A stretch of 64,000 nucleotides of DNA from Pseudomonadota bacterium (lineage in GTDB: Bacteria; Pseudomonadota; Alphaproteobacteria; Rhizobiales; Rhizobiaceae). Positions 37,301 to 48,000 of the stretch are shown here, in pieces. Where the stretch lies: positions 33,059 to 97,058 of the forward strand of contig JAEWET010000020.1 of NCBI GenBank assembly GCA_023389195.1. The letters run 5' to 3'. A program made the position numbers and the translations under genes. A model generated the notes under the pieces. It made no database searches, was not told the DNA's origin, and was given only the letters and a program-made list of their open reading frames with translations. How positions within the stretch are numbered: position 1 is the stretch's first letter; every line of letters begins with the position of its first letter.

Positions 37301-37973
37301 GAAGGAGCGACTGACGAAGGAAATAAGCTATTGGGATCATCGGGCTGAGGAGCTCAAACTCCAAGAGCAGTCAGGCAAGGCCAACGCTCGCCTCAACTCG
37401 AACGAGGCACGACGCCGGGCAGACCAGTTGCAGGCACGCCTTGAGAAGAGAACTGCGGAACTGAAGTTGGAGGCGAAGCTGTCGCCGCTTCCGCCGGTCG
37501 TCATGGGCGGGATGCTCGTTGTTCCTCTTGGTCTGCTCGCGAAAATGGCTCCTGATCGAGTTCCGAAGCCCAAGGTCTCGGCAGATACACAGGCTGCAGC
37601 AGCTCGTGCTCGGCAGATAGTCATGGAGGTCGAGCGTCAGCTCGGCTTTGACCCTACCGATCGAGAATTTGAAAAACTTGGCTACGACATTGAAAGTCGG
37701 ATGGAGGGCACGGGCCGCCTGCGCTTCATTGAGGTCAAAGGACGCGCGCAGGATGCAGCCACGATCACAGTGACCAAGAATGAGGTCCTGTATTCGCTAA
37801 ATAAGCCTGACGACTTCATTCTAGCGATCGTCGAGTTCAAGGGTGATCTGCATAACGGTGATCACCAAGTTCACTACTTGCGACGTCCGTTCCAGCGGGA
37901 GCCTGATTTTGGCGTCACCAGTATCAACTATGACTTTGCTGAGCTTCTTGCCCGTGCGGAGCCGCCCAAATGA
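34389..37973 (+). CDS. SNF2-family helicase with a C-terminal PD-(D/E)XK (DUF3883-like) nuclease domain
   Basis: Motif I is LLADDPGAGKTIMAG, motif II is VVCDEAHKMS, motif V is LIATDAAGEGINLQ and motif VI is QRFGRIHRIGQ. The C-terminus GYDIES...RFIEVKGRAQDAATITVTKNEV carries D...E.K. Confidence 0.9.
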   Translation: MAHLEELLPNTSVRGILPDGLVTVVNVQWYGSEALELTYKDARGKVANELLYRHDETRLDVVEEGRPWSLDGDGRLFRLVSEAHRIRLAHLFDPVLAVHTSLVEPLPHQITAVYEEMLPRQPLRFLLADDPGAGKTIMAGLLIKELIARGDLQRCLVVCPGSLAEQWQDELYRRFQLPFEIMTNDKLEAARTGNWFLENNLVIARLDKLSRNEDVQAKLEVPDARWDLVVCDEAHKMSASFFGGEIKYTKRYQLGQKLSALTRHFLLMTATPHNGKEADFQLFMALIDGDRFEGRFRDGVHASDVSDLMRRMVKENLLKFDATPLFPPRVAKTVPYRLSDKEAELYKAVTAYVREEFNRAEALQNDKRAGTVGFALTILQRRLASSPEAIYQSLRRRRERLEGRLRELELLQRGAAVHALTSFGPSFDAEDLDDLEDAPDQEIEDTEDQILDQATAARTIDELKAEISTLVDLEQLALGVRRGGQDKKWRELAELLTEIFKPAAVANQLAEDPADYDAATPIPKSSPHQKLVIFTEHRDTLSYLVNRVSTLLGQREAVVTIHGGVGREDRLKAQEAFRHDPEVKVLIATDAAGEGINLQRAHLMVNYDLPWNPNRLEQRFGRIHRIGQTEVCFLWNLVADETREGDVYRTLLEKLERAREALGGQVFDVLGKVVFDGKPLRELLIEAVRFGERPDIKEHLTKVVEGALDHEKLRSLLEDRVLAPESMDASRVHRVREEMERADARRLQPHYIESFFLEAFKELGGAARQREHRRYEATRVPAPIRNRDRLIGLGEPVLSRYERIVFDKALIAPQGQPLAAFVCPGHPLLDATLGLTLERHRDLMRRGAILIDERDGGESPRMLFYLEHAIQDGSETRSGERRVVSKRMLYVEMDVESNARHLNYAPYLDYRPLQEGEPTSAEILQRPECSWLSRDLEAKAQAHAIGSVVPEHVREVSGRRLELIAKTEAAVKERLTKEISYWDHRAEELKLQEQSGKANARLNSNEARRRADQLQARLEKRTAELKLEAKLSPLPPVVMGGMLVVPLGLLAKMAPDRVPKPKVSADTQAAAARARQIVMEVERQLGFDPTDREFEKLGYDIESRMEGTGRLRFIEVKGRAQDAATITVTKNEVLYSLNKPDDFILAIVEFKGDLHNGDHQVHYLRRPFQREPDFGVTSINYDFAELLARAEPPK

Positions 37974-40900
37974 AAGGTAGCCCAGCATACTTCGAAGCCA
38001 TTCGTCAGAAGGCTTCGAAGCGATGGGACCAGTTGGAGAAGGACCCGGAGTTGGCCGGCCCGTGGCACCAGCTTTTCAAGCAGGTCCAAAGCCCGCGACA
38101 TATCCTGTCGGAGCTTCTTCAGAACGCCGACGATGCTGGCGCGACAGCTGCTGCTGTTTGGGTTGAAGATGGGGTTTTCATTTTCGAACATGACGGAGAG
38201 GATTTTGCAGAGGAGCATTTTGCATCGCTATGCCGCTTCGGATACTCCAACAAGCGCGCGCTCCACACCATCGGTTTCCGAGGAATAGGCTTTAAGAGCA
38301 CGTTCAGTCTTGGAGACCAGGTCGAACTGCACACTCCCTCCCTCGGCGTGGCGTTTCATCGTCGACGATTCACGGAGCCGGTCTGGCTGTCGGCGGCGAC
38401 GGGAACCGACGGGAACACGAGGATCCGCGTCGAGATCAGCGATCTTCACAGGCAGCGAGAGGTCGAAAAGAACCTCTCTGAGTGGATCAAGAGCCCTGTT
38501 TCCCTACTATTCTTCAAGAACATCCGCCGCATGCGGATCGGTGATCACGAGGTCCATTGGGGGAGTCTCGGTCCAGGTCCCGTCCCCGATAGCGAATGGA
38601 TGGCTCTCTACGAGAAGGAAGATGAGGCATACCTGCTGATCAGGTCGGAGCCCGAGGCATTCCCGGAGGAGGCGCTCGCCGAGATCCGGCAGGAGAGGAT
38701 GCTCGGATCCGAAGAAGGCGCAGAGTTTCCTCCGTGCAAGGTGGAAGTAGTTCTCGGTGCAGAGGGGCGCCTCTATGTCGTCCTTCCCACAGGTGTGGAG
38801 ACGGAGCTGCCTTTTGCCTGCAACGCGCCATTCATTCAGGATCCTGCCCGTCTAAAAATCAAAGACCCTGAGACATCCCCAACGAACCGTTGGCTCCTCG
38901 AGCGGGCAGGCAAACTTGCTGCGTCGGCCATGCTTCACTGGCTTGCCGATGGAAGTGCGGCGCTCGTCGAGCGCGCTCGGGCCTACGGCCTGCTCCCGGA
39001 CGTTGACAGGGAAGACAGCTCACTGGAAGGCGTCTGTGGCACAGTCGTAGAGGAGGCCTTCGCCGAGGCGATTGACAATAAAGAGCTTCTGCTCACCGAG
39101 GGTGGAAAGCTCGTCCCGGAGAAGCAAAGCGTCATCGTCCCCCGAGCAGTGCTCAATGTCTGGCCGGCGGCGCAGGCGGCAGCGCTACTGGACGCGGAGG
39201 GCAGACCGGCGCTCTGCCACAATGTCGACGCGCTCGATAAAAAGAAGCTGCTTCGATGGGGGGTTGTTGAGGAAATCGACAAGCAGACGCTTCTCGGCAT
39301 CCTGCAGGAAAAGCATCTCCCGAAGCCAGAGACGTGGCGCCAGCTTCTGATCTTGTGGGCTTATGTAGCACCCGAGATTACCGGCTATCGCCATTATGTG
39401 AACGCTGAGGATGTCAAGATCGTGCCCGCTCAGGGCAAGGACGTCCTGTATGCCGCGAGCGAAGTCGTCCGTCTGGGCGAGAAGAAGCTCCTACAATCGG
39501 ACGACGACTGGGAGTTTCTTGCGAAATATTTGATCGTCGTGAATCAGAAATGGCCGCGTTTTCTCGCAGAGCAGCGCCGCAGCACATCCGAGAAATCGGG
39601 CGTGTTTCTGAAGGACGATGTAGAGGGAGCCTACGCCGTTCTGGAGGAGATAGGCCTCGAACACACGAGCGACGTGAACAAGGTGATCGAGCAGGTCGCC
39701 ACCGAATTTTTCCGTCAGGATGGAATTGCTCTCTCCGGTTGCGTCCAGCTCGCACAGATCGCGGCGAAACTCGGGGCAAGCGTTGGTGATGGATTTCGAT
39801 ATGCCACGCGGGATCGACACCTAAGGTCGATCGACAAGGGCATCCTTCTTGATGATGACGGAAAGCTACAGGATCTGCTCCCAGAGAATCTGAACCAGAC
39901 ACAGCTCCTCCATTCAGACTATACCTCGAGCTATAAATCTTGCTCACGTGAAGACTGGCTACAATGGATTTCCTCGGGCAGGTCGGGCTTGAGGACATTT
40001 GTGCCCCTTGTCGAGGCACGAACTTTCTCTGGTCGCCGAAGAGGCCTCGATGATGAATTGACTAAGCGCGCGTTCGCTGGACGGGTCGAGCCACGATACA
40101 AGGACCCATGGTTTTACATCTATGACTGGGATTTCGATTCGGCTGTTTGGGTCCACTGGCAGGCTAATGCCAAAGAGGACCCATCATTGTGGGCAGCGGT
40201 TATTGAGCGCCTTCTGCAAGAGAAGTCGGACTACTGGTCGCAAAAAACGTCCGCCCGGATCGTTGAGGAGGCATCGAACGGTCATCAGCGGACCGTTGTG
40301 CGTCGCGATCTGACACCGTCGTGGGCACTGCGACTTGGCGCTCTTCCCTGTCTTCCCGACACTCGCGGCTTTCACAGAAGGCCTGACGATCTCCTTCGGC
40401 GCACGCCAGAGACTGAGTCCCTGATGGACGTTGAACCGTTCGTCCACGGCCTTCTTGATCGTGAGACGACGCGGCCTCTTCTCGATCTCCTTGGCGTCCG
40501 AAGCACCCCAACCGGTCCTGACCGGCTTCTCGATTGCCTTCGAGCCTTGGGGAAGGCGGACAAGCCGCCTGTCCATGAGGTCGAGAAATGGTATCGCCGC
40601 CTCGATCAGATGTTGGAAACCTGCGCGACGGCCGACTTTCAGAAGATCCGACAGGCGCTACGCACGGAAAAACTAATCTTCACGCAGGACGGTGTCTGGG
40701 CGACGGCACCGTCGGTATTCCTCTCGTCCGACAATGACGATGTCCCTGACGCCGCAGTGGTCAGAGACTCTGTCCGCGATCTGACGCTCTGGCGCAAGAT
40801 CGGCGTGGCCGAACGCCCCACCGCCGATCTTGCGATCGAATGGCTGAAAAGCCTCGCATCCGGAGAAGGTCTTTCCCAGGAAGACGCGCGCCGAGTTCGC

Positions 40901-42199
40901 TCATTGCTAACGCGGCATCCCATTCGGATCTGGGAAGAATGCGGGCATTGGCTGAACCTGGCGGGAGAATGGGCGCCGGTCGAAAGTCTCGCCTACGCCC
41001 TGACGATGCAGTCGCTCATTCCGTGGCGCCACCTTCACCAGTGGGTGAAGCAGAAGACGGCTGATCTGCAGCGACTTCCTGGCGACTCAACGAGCAATCC
41101 GCCGTTTTCGGATCTGCCGCCCTTGGCGGCGCACATTGAGGAGCGCTTCCAGCACGATCCGTTGTTTGCGGGCCAGCCCCTCAAGAAGGACTGGCTGAGA
41201 ACCTTCGGCGCGGAGCTATGCCGAATTGAACTCGACGGCGAGGACGAGACGGATCGGGTCCGCGCCCTCGCGGACTGCCTTGCGATGACCCAGTGGTTGG
41301 AAACGCCGGGTCTCGAAATCTTACCTTACATCGACGGAACGCCGGCAGGGACGCCGCGCCAGGCGGATGTCGTGTGGCTTGATGACCGCCTCTATGTGGA
41401 GCAACTGTCGAAGGCAAAATTGGCACGCCGGGTGCCGGAGGAGATCGGAAAGGCATTCGCTAGGCCGGATATCAAGGCCGCGCTCGACTACAGCTTCGAA
41501 CGGTCGTCGCAGGACGTGCGGGAATACCTTGAGGAGAACTTTTCGCTATCGGCTGTCGCTCCGCGAGCGGTTGAGCCGATAGACGCAAGGGCCGAAGAAG
41601 TGGGAGGCCACGAGCCGGAGAGTTCCGTCACGCCGAACCCCAACGACGAGCGCACCGATGACCCGACCGCGCCTCAGAATGACCCGCTCGTTAGGCCTGA
41701 CCCTGAGACCGCAGACGTGGCGCCCGAGACCGGCGATGAAACTGGAGTGGAGCAGCAGCCACTCGACGGTATGGATCCGCGCGACGCCCGCCCCCGGCAA
41801 GCGCCAAAGCCCTCGAAGCCGAGCATCATGGAGCGCTTTGCCAAGGCACTGGGGTTCCGGGGGGACGGCGAGGACCGCTTCTTCCATGAAAGCGGCAGCT
41901 GGATCGGAAAGGCGAACGCGGGCCGCTTCCCATGGGAGCACCGCACCGCGGGCGGCGATCTGGTCCGTTATTACTGGCCCAAGGACCACTGCCTTCAGCA
42001 GGAGCCGCTCCAACTCGAGGTCGACGTCTGGGGGCTGATCGACCAGCACCCAGAGACCTACGCACTCATTCTATCCGACATCGAGGGTGGCCCGGTCGAA
42101 GTGACCGGCGCCCGCCTACGCGCGATGCGCGACGAGGGCGAAGTCACCCTTTTTCCAGCAACTTACAGGCTTGTATACGATCATGACCGCCACGCATAA
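37970..42199 (+). CDS. 1409-aa sacsin/MORC-like GHKL ATPase protein
   Basis: The N-terminal Bergerat-fold motifs are ELLQNADDAGAT (N box), FEHDGEDF (G1) and IGFRGIGFKSTF (G2). About 1000 aa follow with no recognised domain, then an acidic Pro-rich linker around the 41.6-41.8 kb coding region. The start overlaps the SNF2 stop (ATGA). Confidence 0.85.
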   Translation: MKGSPAYFEAIRQKASKRWDQLEKDPELAGPWHQLFKQVQSPRHILSELLQNADDAGATAAAVWVEDGVFIFEHDGEDFAEEHFASLCRFGYSNKRALHTIGFRGIGFKSTFSLGDQVELHTPSLGVAFHRRRFTEPVWLSAATGTDGNTRIRVEISDLHRQREVEKNLSEWIKSPVSLLFFKNIRRMRIGDHEVHWGSLGPGPVPDSEWMALYEKEDEAYLLIRSEPEAFPEEALAEIRQERMLGSEEGAEFPPCKVEVVLGAEGRLYVVLPTGVETELPFACNAPFIQDPARLKIKDPETSPTNRWLLERAGKLAASAMLHWLADGSAALVERARAYGLLPDVDREDSSLEGVCGTVVEEAFAEAIDNKELLLTEGGKLVPEKQSVIVPRAVLNVWPAAQAAALLDAEGRPALCHNVDALDKKKLLRWGVVEEIDKQTLLGILQEKHLPKPETWRQLLILWAYVAPEITGYRHYVNAEDVKIVPAQGKDVLYAASEVVRLGEKKLLQSDDDWEFLAKYLIVVNQKWPRFLAEQRRSTSEKSGVFLKDDVEGAYAVLEEIGLEHTSDVNKVIEQVATEFFRQDGIALSGCVQLAQIAAKLGASVGDGFRYATRDRHLRSIDKGILLDDDGKLQDLLPENLNQTQLLHSDYTSSYKSCSREDWLQWISSGRSGLRTFVPLVEARTFSGRRRGLDDELTKRAFAGRVEPRYKDPWFYIYDWDFDSAVWVHWQANAKEDPSLWAAVIERLLQEKSDYWSQKTSARIVEEASNGHQRTVVRRDLTPSWALRLGALPCLPDTRGFHRRPDDLLRRTPETESLMDVEPFVHGLLDRETTRPLLDLLGVRSTPTGPDRLLDCLRALGKADKPPVHEVEKWYRRLDQMLETCATADFQKIRQALRTEKLIFTQDGVWATAPSVFLSSDNDDVPDAAVVRDSVRDLTLWRKIGVAERPTADLAIEWLKSLASGEGLSQEDARRVRSLLTRHPIRIWEECGHWLNLAGEWAPVESLAYALTMQSLIPWRHLHQWVKQKTADLQRLPGDSTSNPPFSDLPPLAAHIEERFQHDPLFAGQPLKKDWLRTFGAELCRIELDGEDETDRVRALADCLAMTQWLETPGLEILPYIDGTPAGTPRQADVVWLDDRLYVEQLSKAKLARRVPEEIGKAFARPDIKAALDYSFERSSQDVREYLEENFSLSAVAPRAVEPIDARAEEVGGHEPESSVTPNPNDERTDDPTAPQNDPLVRPDPETADVAPETGDETGVEQQPLDGMDPRDARPRQAPKPSKPSIMERFAKALGFRGDGEDRFFHESGSWIGKANAGRFPWEHRTAGGDLVRYYWPKDHCLQQEPLQLEVDVWGLIDQHPETYALILSDIEGGPVEVTGARLRAMRDEGEVTLFPATYRLVYDHDRHA

Positions 42200-44999
42200 G
42201 AAGAAACTCATCGAGGCGGCGCTCCCGCTGCCGGAGATCAACGACGCTTCTGCCTACGACAAGATGCCGGGAATTGGTCCGCATCCCAAGGGTATCCATC
42301 ACTGGTGGGCGCGCCTGCCATTGCCGACCGCGCGGGCGATCCTCTTCGCTTCGGTCGTGGACGACCCGGAATCTCATCCCGAAAAATGGCCAACAGAGGA
42401 AGAGCAGAACGCCGAACGCGAGCGCCTGTTCGACATCCTGCGCCTGATGATGAGCAAAAAGCTGCACGAAGCGCCTGAGATTTATGCCGAGGCGCGCCTC
42501 GAGATGCTGAAACATTGCGACGGCGAGCTACCCACCGTTTTCGATCCCTTCTCTGGAGGCGGATCAATCCCTCTCGAGGCAAATCGCATGGGGTTCGAGG
42601 CACATGCGGGCGACCTCAATCCCGTCGCTGTGCTATTGAACAAGTGTAATCTCGAAATCGCGCCACGATGGGTGAAATACCCGCCCGCAAATCCTGTGGA
42701 TCGGAAGCGGATCGGCGGTGGCGAAGCATGGCAGGGCACTGACGGCATTGCTGCCGATATCCGACACTACGGCGCACAGATAAAAAAGGATGCCGAGAAG
42801 AGACTCGCGCAACTTTACCCCCAAGCCAAACTAAATGATGCGCTCGGAGGCAGGAAGGCTGATGTGATTGCTTGGATCTGGGCGCGCACGGTCGCAAGCC
42901 CCAACCCAGCCTTTAGGGGAAAGCATGTACCGCTGGTAAATTCGTTCTGGCTTTCAAACAAAAATGGAAACGTGGCATGGCTGTCCCCTCAAGTAGACCG
43001 CCAGAAGGGGACATTTAATTTCCAGGTACGCACTGACAAGCCTGATGATGCGACAACAATAGCCTCCGGGACCAAGGCAAAGAAAGGAGGGTTCCGGTGT
43101 TTGCTCAGCGACGATCCAATACCTTTCGAGTACATTCGGGAAGAAGGAAAGCAAGGTCGACTGGGTGAGATACTGCTGACCACAATTGCCGACACCGGAC
43201 GAGGACGCATTTATCTGCCGCCTGATGACAGCCAGATACAAGCCGCTGCGGGCGCCGACCCGACGGATTATCCTGACACAGATCTTCCTGCTGAAGCCCT
43301 CGGCTTTCGAATTCAGAACTATGGTGTGCGACACCATTGGCAGATGTTTACCCCACGCCAGCTTGAAGCCACTGTCGTGCTGAGCGACCTGATCCGAGCG
43401 TCTTGCGGCAAAATACTTGATGACGCGCGGGACTCCGGAATGTCATCCGATGACGCTGGCCTATACGCGAGCCACATTACAACGTTCCTAGCACTTTCTC
43501 TCGATCGACTTGCATCGTTCAACAACAGATTTTCAAAGTGGAACGGCAATCAAACAGTATTCATGTTTACGCGTCAGGCGATCCCCATGCTTTGGGACTT
43601 CGCTGAAGCGAACGTATTGGGCAAACGATCTGTATGCTGGGAGACATCAGTAAATATTTGCGCCGATGCTGTTCAGACTATTTCACCTAGAGACGGAATT
43701 GACGCAAGCGCTAGACAACTCGACGCCGCTACCGGTGCAAATGGCTTGAAGAATCTGCTCGTTAGCACTGATCCACCATATTACGACAACATCGGATATG
43801 CAGCTCTATCTGACTTTTTCTATGTATGGTTGCGCCGAACCGTCGGGGACATCCATAAGCAAATTTTTGACACTGTCCTCGTGCCGAAGGGACCAGAGCT
43901 GATCGCGTCGGCGGAGGTCTTCGATGGAGACAAATCAAAAGCCAAAGAGCATTTTGAGTCTGGATTTAAGCGCGCATTTTCTGCTTTGAAGAACAAAATG
44001 AACCCGGAGTTCCCACTGACCGTTTACTATGCCTTCAAGCAAGATGACGAAGGCGCTGGACAAGTAGACGAAGAGGAAGACGACGGTGTCGATCTCACGA
44101 CGGGATGGGAGACGCTGCTCGCCTCGTTGGTGGAGAGCGGCTTCCAGATCACAGCAACTTGGCCTGTTCGAGCTTCATTCAGTTGGCGGGTGAGAGCACT
44201 GCGCTCAAACGCGCTGGCCTCCTACATCGTTCTGGCCTGCCGTCCACGTGCAGATGATGCGCCTCAGATCGGGAGTAATCAGTTCCGAAACGAGCTGAAA
44301 CGCACCCTACCACCAGCATTGCGCCATCTACAGCAGGGCAACATAGCGCCGGTGGACTTTGCGCAGGCCGCGATTGGGCCAGGCATGGCAGTCTATTCAC
44401 GCTACAGCCGGATTATCGACTCGTCCGGCAGGCCGATGACCGTGCGGACCGCCCTCGGCATCATCAACCAGGCGCTCACCGAGGTGCTGAGCGAGCTGGA
44501 AGACGACTTTGACGCGGATACCCGCTGGGCGATCTCCTGGTTCGAGCAGAATGGCTTCGGCGAAGGTGACTACGGCGACGCGGAGCTGCTGAGCAAGGCG
44601 AAGGTCACCTCGGTCACCGGTCTCAGGCAGGCCGGAGTGGTCGACTCTAAGAGCGGCAAGGTGCGCCTGCTTGCACCTGCCGAATTGCCCGCCGATTGGG
44701 ATCCGACGAGCGACAAGCGGCCGACGGTGTGGGAGATGACGCATCATCTGCTGCGCCTTTATCATGTCGAAAAGGCTGGTGACGAAGCAACCGCAACTCT
44801 GCTGCGAAAGATCGGGAGCCAGGGGGAGGTCGCACGCGAGCTTGCCTATCGTCTGCACAATATCAGCGAACGCAAGAGGTGGTCGCAGGAAGCGCAGGGC
44901 TACAACGCCCTCGTACTCGGCTGGCCGGAGATCGCGCGGCTTGCCCGTGAAATGCCTGGGACGGCATTGCCGACGCCTTCCCAGGGCACACTCATCTGA
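42183..44999 (+). CDS. DUF1156-type DNA methyltransferase (N6A/N4C class)
   Basis: The N-terminus KKLIEAALPLPEINDASAYDKMPGIGPHPKGIHHWWARLPLPTARA is the DUF1156 signature. Motif I is VFDPFSGGGSIPLEA and motif IV is LVSTDPPYYDNIGY. I prefer the ATG at 42183 over the TTG at 42171. The gene overlaps the GHKL gene end. Confidence 0.9.
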   Translation: MTATHKKKLIEAALPLPEINDASAYDKMPGIGPHPKGIHHWWARLPLPTARAILFASVVDDPESHPEKWPTEEEQNAERERLFDILRLMMSKKLHEAPEIYAEARLEMLKHCDGELPTVFDPFSGGGSIPLEANRMGFEAHAGDLNPVAVLLNKCNLEIAPRWVKYPPANPVDRKRIGGGEAWQGTDGIAADIRHYGAQIKKDAEKRLAQLYPQAKLNDALGGRKADVIAWIWARTVASPNPAFRGKHVPLVNSFWLSNKNGNVAWLSPQVDRQKGTFNFQVRTDKPDDATTIASGTKAKKGGFRCLLSDDPIPFEYIREEGKQGRLGEILLTTIADTGRGRIYLPPDDSQIQAAAGADPTDYPDTDLPAEALGFRIQNYGVRHHWQMFTPRQLEATVVLSDLIRASCGKILDDARDSGMSSDDAGLYASHITTFLALSLDRLASFNNRFSKWNGNQTVFMFTRQAIPMLWDFAEANVLGKRSVCWETSVNICADAVQTISPRDGIDASARQLDAATGANGLKNLLVSTDPPYYDNIGYAALSDFFYVWLRRTVGDIHKQIFDTVLVPKGPELIASAEVFDGDKSKAKEHFESGFKRAFSALKNKMNPEFPLTVYYAFKQDDEGAGQVDEEEDDGVDLTTGWETLLASLVESGFQITATWPVRASFSWRVRALRSNALASYIVLACRPRADDAPQIGSNQFRNELKRTLPPALRHLQQGNIAPVDFAQAAIGPGMAVYSRYSRIIDSSGRPMTVRTALGIINQALTEVLSELEDDFDADTRWAISWFEQNGFGEGDYGDAELLSKAKVTSVTGLRQAGVVDSKSGKVRLLAPAELPADWDPTSDKRPTVWEMTHHLLRLYHVEKAGDEATATLLRKIGSQGEVARELAYRLHNISERKRWSQEAQGYNALVLGWPEIARLAREMPGTALPTPSQGTLI

Positions 45000-45014
45000 C
45001 GGAGGGCATGCGCC

Positions 45015-48000
45015 ATGGCGATCACCAATCACGAACGTGTCGGCAACGCTCTTGACCTGCTCCGCGCCGGTCTCGGGCCCTTCGTCGAGCGAGAGATCAA
45101 GGCGGCTATGAAGGACGGGACCAGTGTACCCGCATTGCAGTCGCTCGCGAGTGATCCGCTGATCAAGGACAAGCCGATCACGGAATGGGACGCTGCTCTG
45201 CTGCTGAAGGTCATGTGGGAATCCTGGAACGAGGTCTTCCGCAAAACACTCGGTCCCGCAGAACGCGGCATCGTTGGTGAGTTGCGAGGCCACAGGAATA
45301 AGTGGGCGCATCAGGAAGCGTTCACCAGCGACGACGCATATCGTGCACTCGACAGCGCCGGTCGGCTTCTCACCGCTGTGTCGGCTCCGCAGTCGCGGGA
45401 TCTGGAACGCATCAAGATGGAACTGTTGCGTGTTCGGTTCGACGAACAGGCGCGCAATGAGAAGCGGAAGGCTGCGGGGACCGCAATCGAGAGTCAGGCG
45501 ACCGGCACGCTGAAGCCGTGGCGTGAAGTTGTCAGCCCCCACCGTGACGTAGCGAGCGGCCGCTATCAGCAGGCGGAATTCGCCGCAGACCTGTGGCAGG
45601 TACACATCGGCGAGGGCGTCGACGAGTACAGAAAGCCGGTGGAGTTCTTCCGCCGGACATTCCTGACTGACAGCCTCCAACAATTGCTGGTGGGTGCGGT
45701 TCGCCGCCTGTCGTCAGACGGCGGCGATCCGGTCATCCAGCTGCAGACCAACTTTGGCGGTGGCAAGACCCACTCGATGCTGGCGCTGTACCATCTGTTC
45801 TCAGGCGCTACGCCAAGCGAGCTACTGGGCGTTGAGGGCGTCGTGAAAGAGGCGGGCATCGGCGACCTGCCTGCGGTCAAGCGAGTGGTTCTTGTCGGGA
45901 ACAAGATCTCGCCGGGGAATCCGGTGAGGAAAGACGATGGGACGATCGTCCATACGCTGTGGGGTGAACTCGCCTGGCAGCTCGGCGGCCGAGCAGCCTA
46001 TGATCGGATTCGAGCCGACGATGAGAAGGCCACCAGCCCCGGTGACGTTCTCCGTGATCTCTTCAACGAGTACGGACCGGCGCTCGTCCTGATTGATGAG
46101 TGGGTGGCCTACGCACGGCAGCTTCATGACCAGAGCGACCTCCCAGCCGGCAGTTTCGAGACCCACTTTACTTTCGCACAGGCGCTGACGGAGTCGGCCA
46201 AGCTGGCGAAGCACTGCCTTCTGGTCGTCAGTCTACCCGCATCAGATACGGCCGGATCACCCCATACCCAAGCCGACGATGTCGAGGTCGGCGGCCGACG
46301 CGGGCGCGAAGCGCTGGATCGCCTCCGCAACGCCATTGGTCGTGTCGAATCATCATGGCGTCCGGCCAGTGCAGAAGAAGGCTTCGAGATCGTACGCAGA
46401 CGCCTATTCGAGCCCCTCATCGAGCAGTCGCAGTTTGTTGCCCGCGATACCGTTGCGAAAGCTTATTTCGACCTCTATCGAAGCCAGCATCAGGAGTTCC
46501 CGCCAGAATGCCGGGACTCCGAGTACGAAGGGCGCCTGAAGGCTGCTTATCCCATCCACCCCGAGGTGTTCGATCGCTTGTACACGGAGTGGTCGACGCT
46601 GGTGAAATTCCAGCGGACCCGCGGCGTCCTTCGTCTCATGGCGGCAGTGATCCACAGCCTCTGGGAAAAAGGCGATCGCAACCCGTTGATCCAGCCGGCC
46701 AACATCCCGATTGACGATCCGCGCGTTCAGTTCGAGCTGACCCGCTATCTGTCCGACAACTGGACACCGATCATCGAGAAGGACGTGGACGGACCGAATT
46801 CGCTGCCACTCCGGATCGACGGTGAGGTGCCCAATCTCGGGAAGTTCTCGGCGTGTCGCCGGATCGCACGCACCATCTATCTGGGCTCGGCGCCGGGATC
46901 GACGGTTTCGAACCGGGGGATTGAGGACCGGAGAATTAAGCTCGGATGCGTAATGCCGTCCGAGTCGCCCGCGATCTTCGGTGACGCTCTGCGCCGCCTC
47001 AGCGGTGCCGCGACCTACCTTTACCAGGACGGTGCGCGGTACTGGTACTCGACGCAGCCAACTGTCACGAAGCTGGCCGAGGACCGGACGGAACAATTGA
47101 AGTCAGATCCTGATCGGATCAATCGAGAACTTGATACGCGGCTGCGCGCTGATCTACGGAAGCAGGGTGACTTTGCGAGGATCCATGCGCTTCCGCAGTC
47201 CGGGCAAGACGTGCCAGACGACTTTGATGCCCGGCTCGTCGTTTTAGGAGCGGACCATCCGCATAGCCGCGACACAAACAGCGCCGCGGAGGCGGCCGCC
47301 AAGGCCATTCTTGAAACACGCGGTAGCGCGCCGCGCCTTTACAGGAACACGCTCGTTTTTCTCGCGGCTGACAAGACGCGGCTTCAGGACCTTGATGAAT
47401 CTATCCGCCGGTATCTTGCTTGGCAGTCGGTCCTCGACGAGAAGGACGAGCTGGACCTGACGCCGCACCAGGTGCGGCAAGCGGAAACCCAGAAGGCAAG
47501 CGCGGACAGCGCAGCCAATGCTCGTCTGCCTGAGGCATTCCAATGGCTGCTTGTGCCTCAACAGCCGACGCCGCAGTCTCCGATTGAGTGGCAAAGTTTC
47601 CGCCTGAGCGGGCAAGAGCCATTGGCCGCCCGGGCTAGCCGTAAGCTCAAGAACGACGAGCTCTTAGTGACTGGCCTCGCGGCTACTCGGCTTCGTCTCG
47701 AGCTCGATCAAGTTCCGCTTTGGCGTGGGGATCACGTCCTGGTCAAACAGCTGGTCGAGGATTTTGCGCGATACCTCTACCTCCCGCGCCTTCGCGATAC
47801 GGCAATTCTGCTCGACGCGATCCGTGAGGGCTTGGGACTGTTGACGTGGGGCAAGGATTCATTTGCCTACGCAGAGAGCTTTGATGAAGCGGCGTCCAGA
47901 TACCGAGGGCTCCGCTGTGGGCAGATGGTCTCCCTCTCGCCGGATAATCCTCTAGGTCTGCTTGTGAAGCCCGAACCGGCCGTCAAGCAGCAGGATGATG

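Noticed and set aside
44397-45683. 428-aa minus-strand ORF
   Set aside because: It spans the junction of the methyltransferase and DUF499 genes on the opposite strand and has no motifs.
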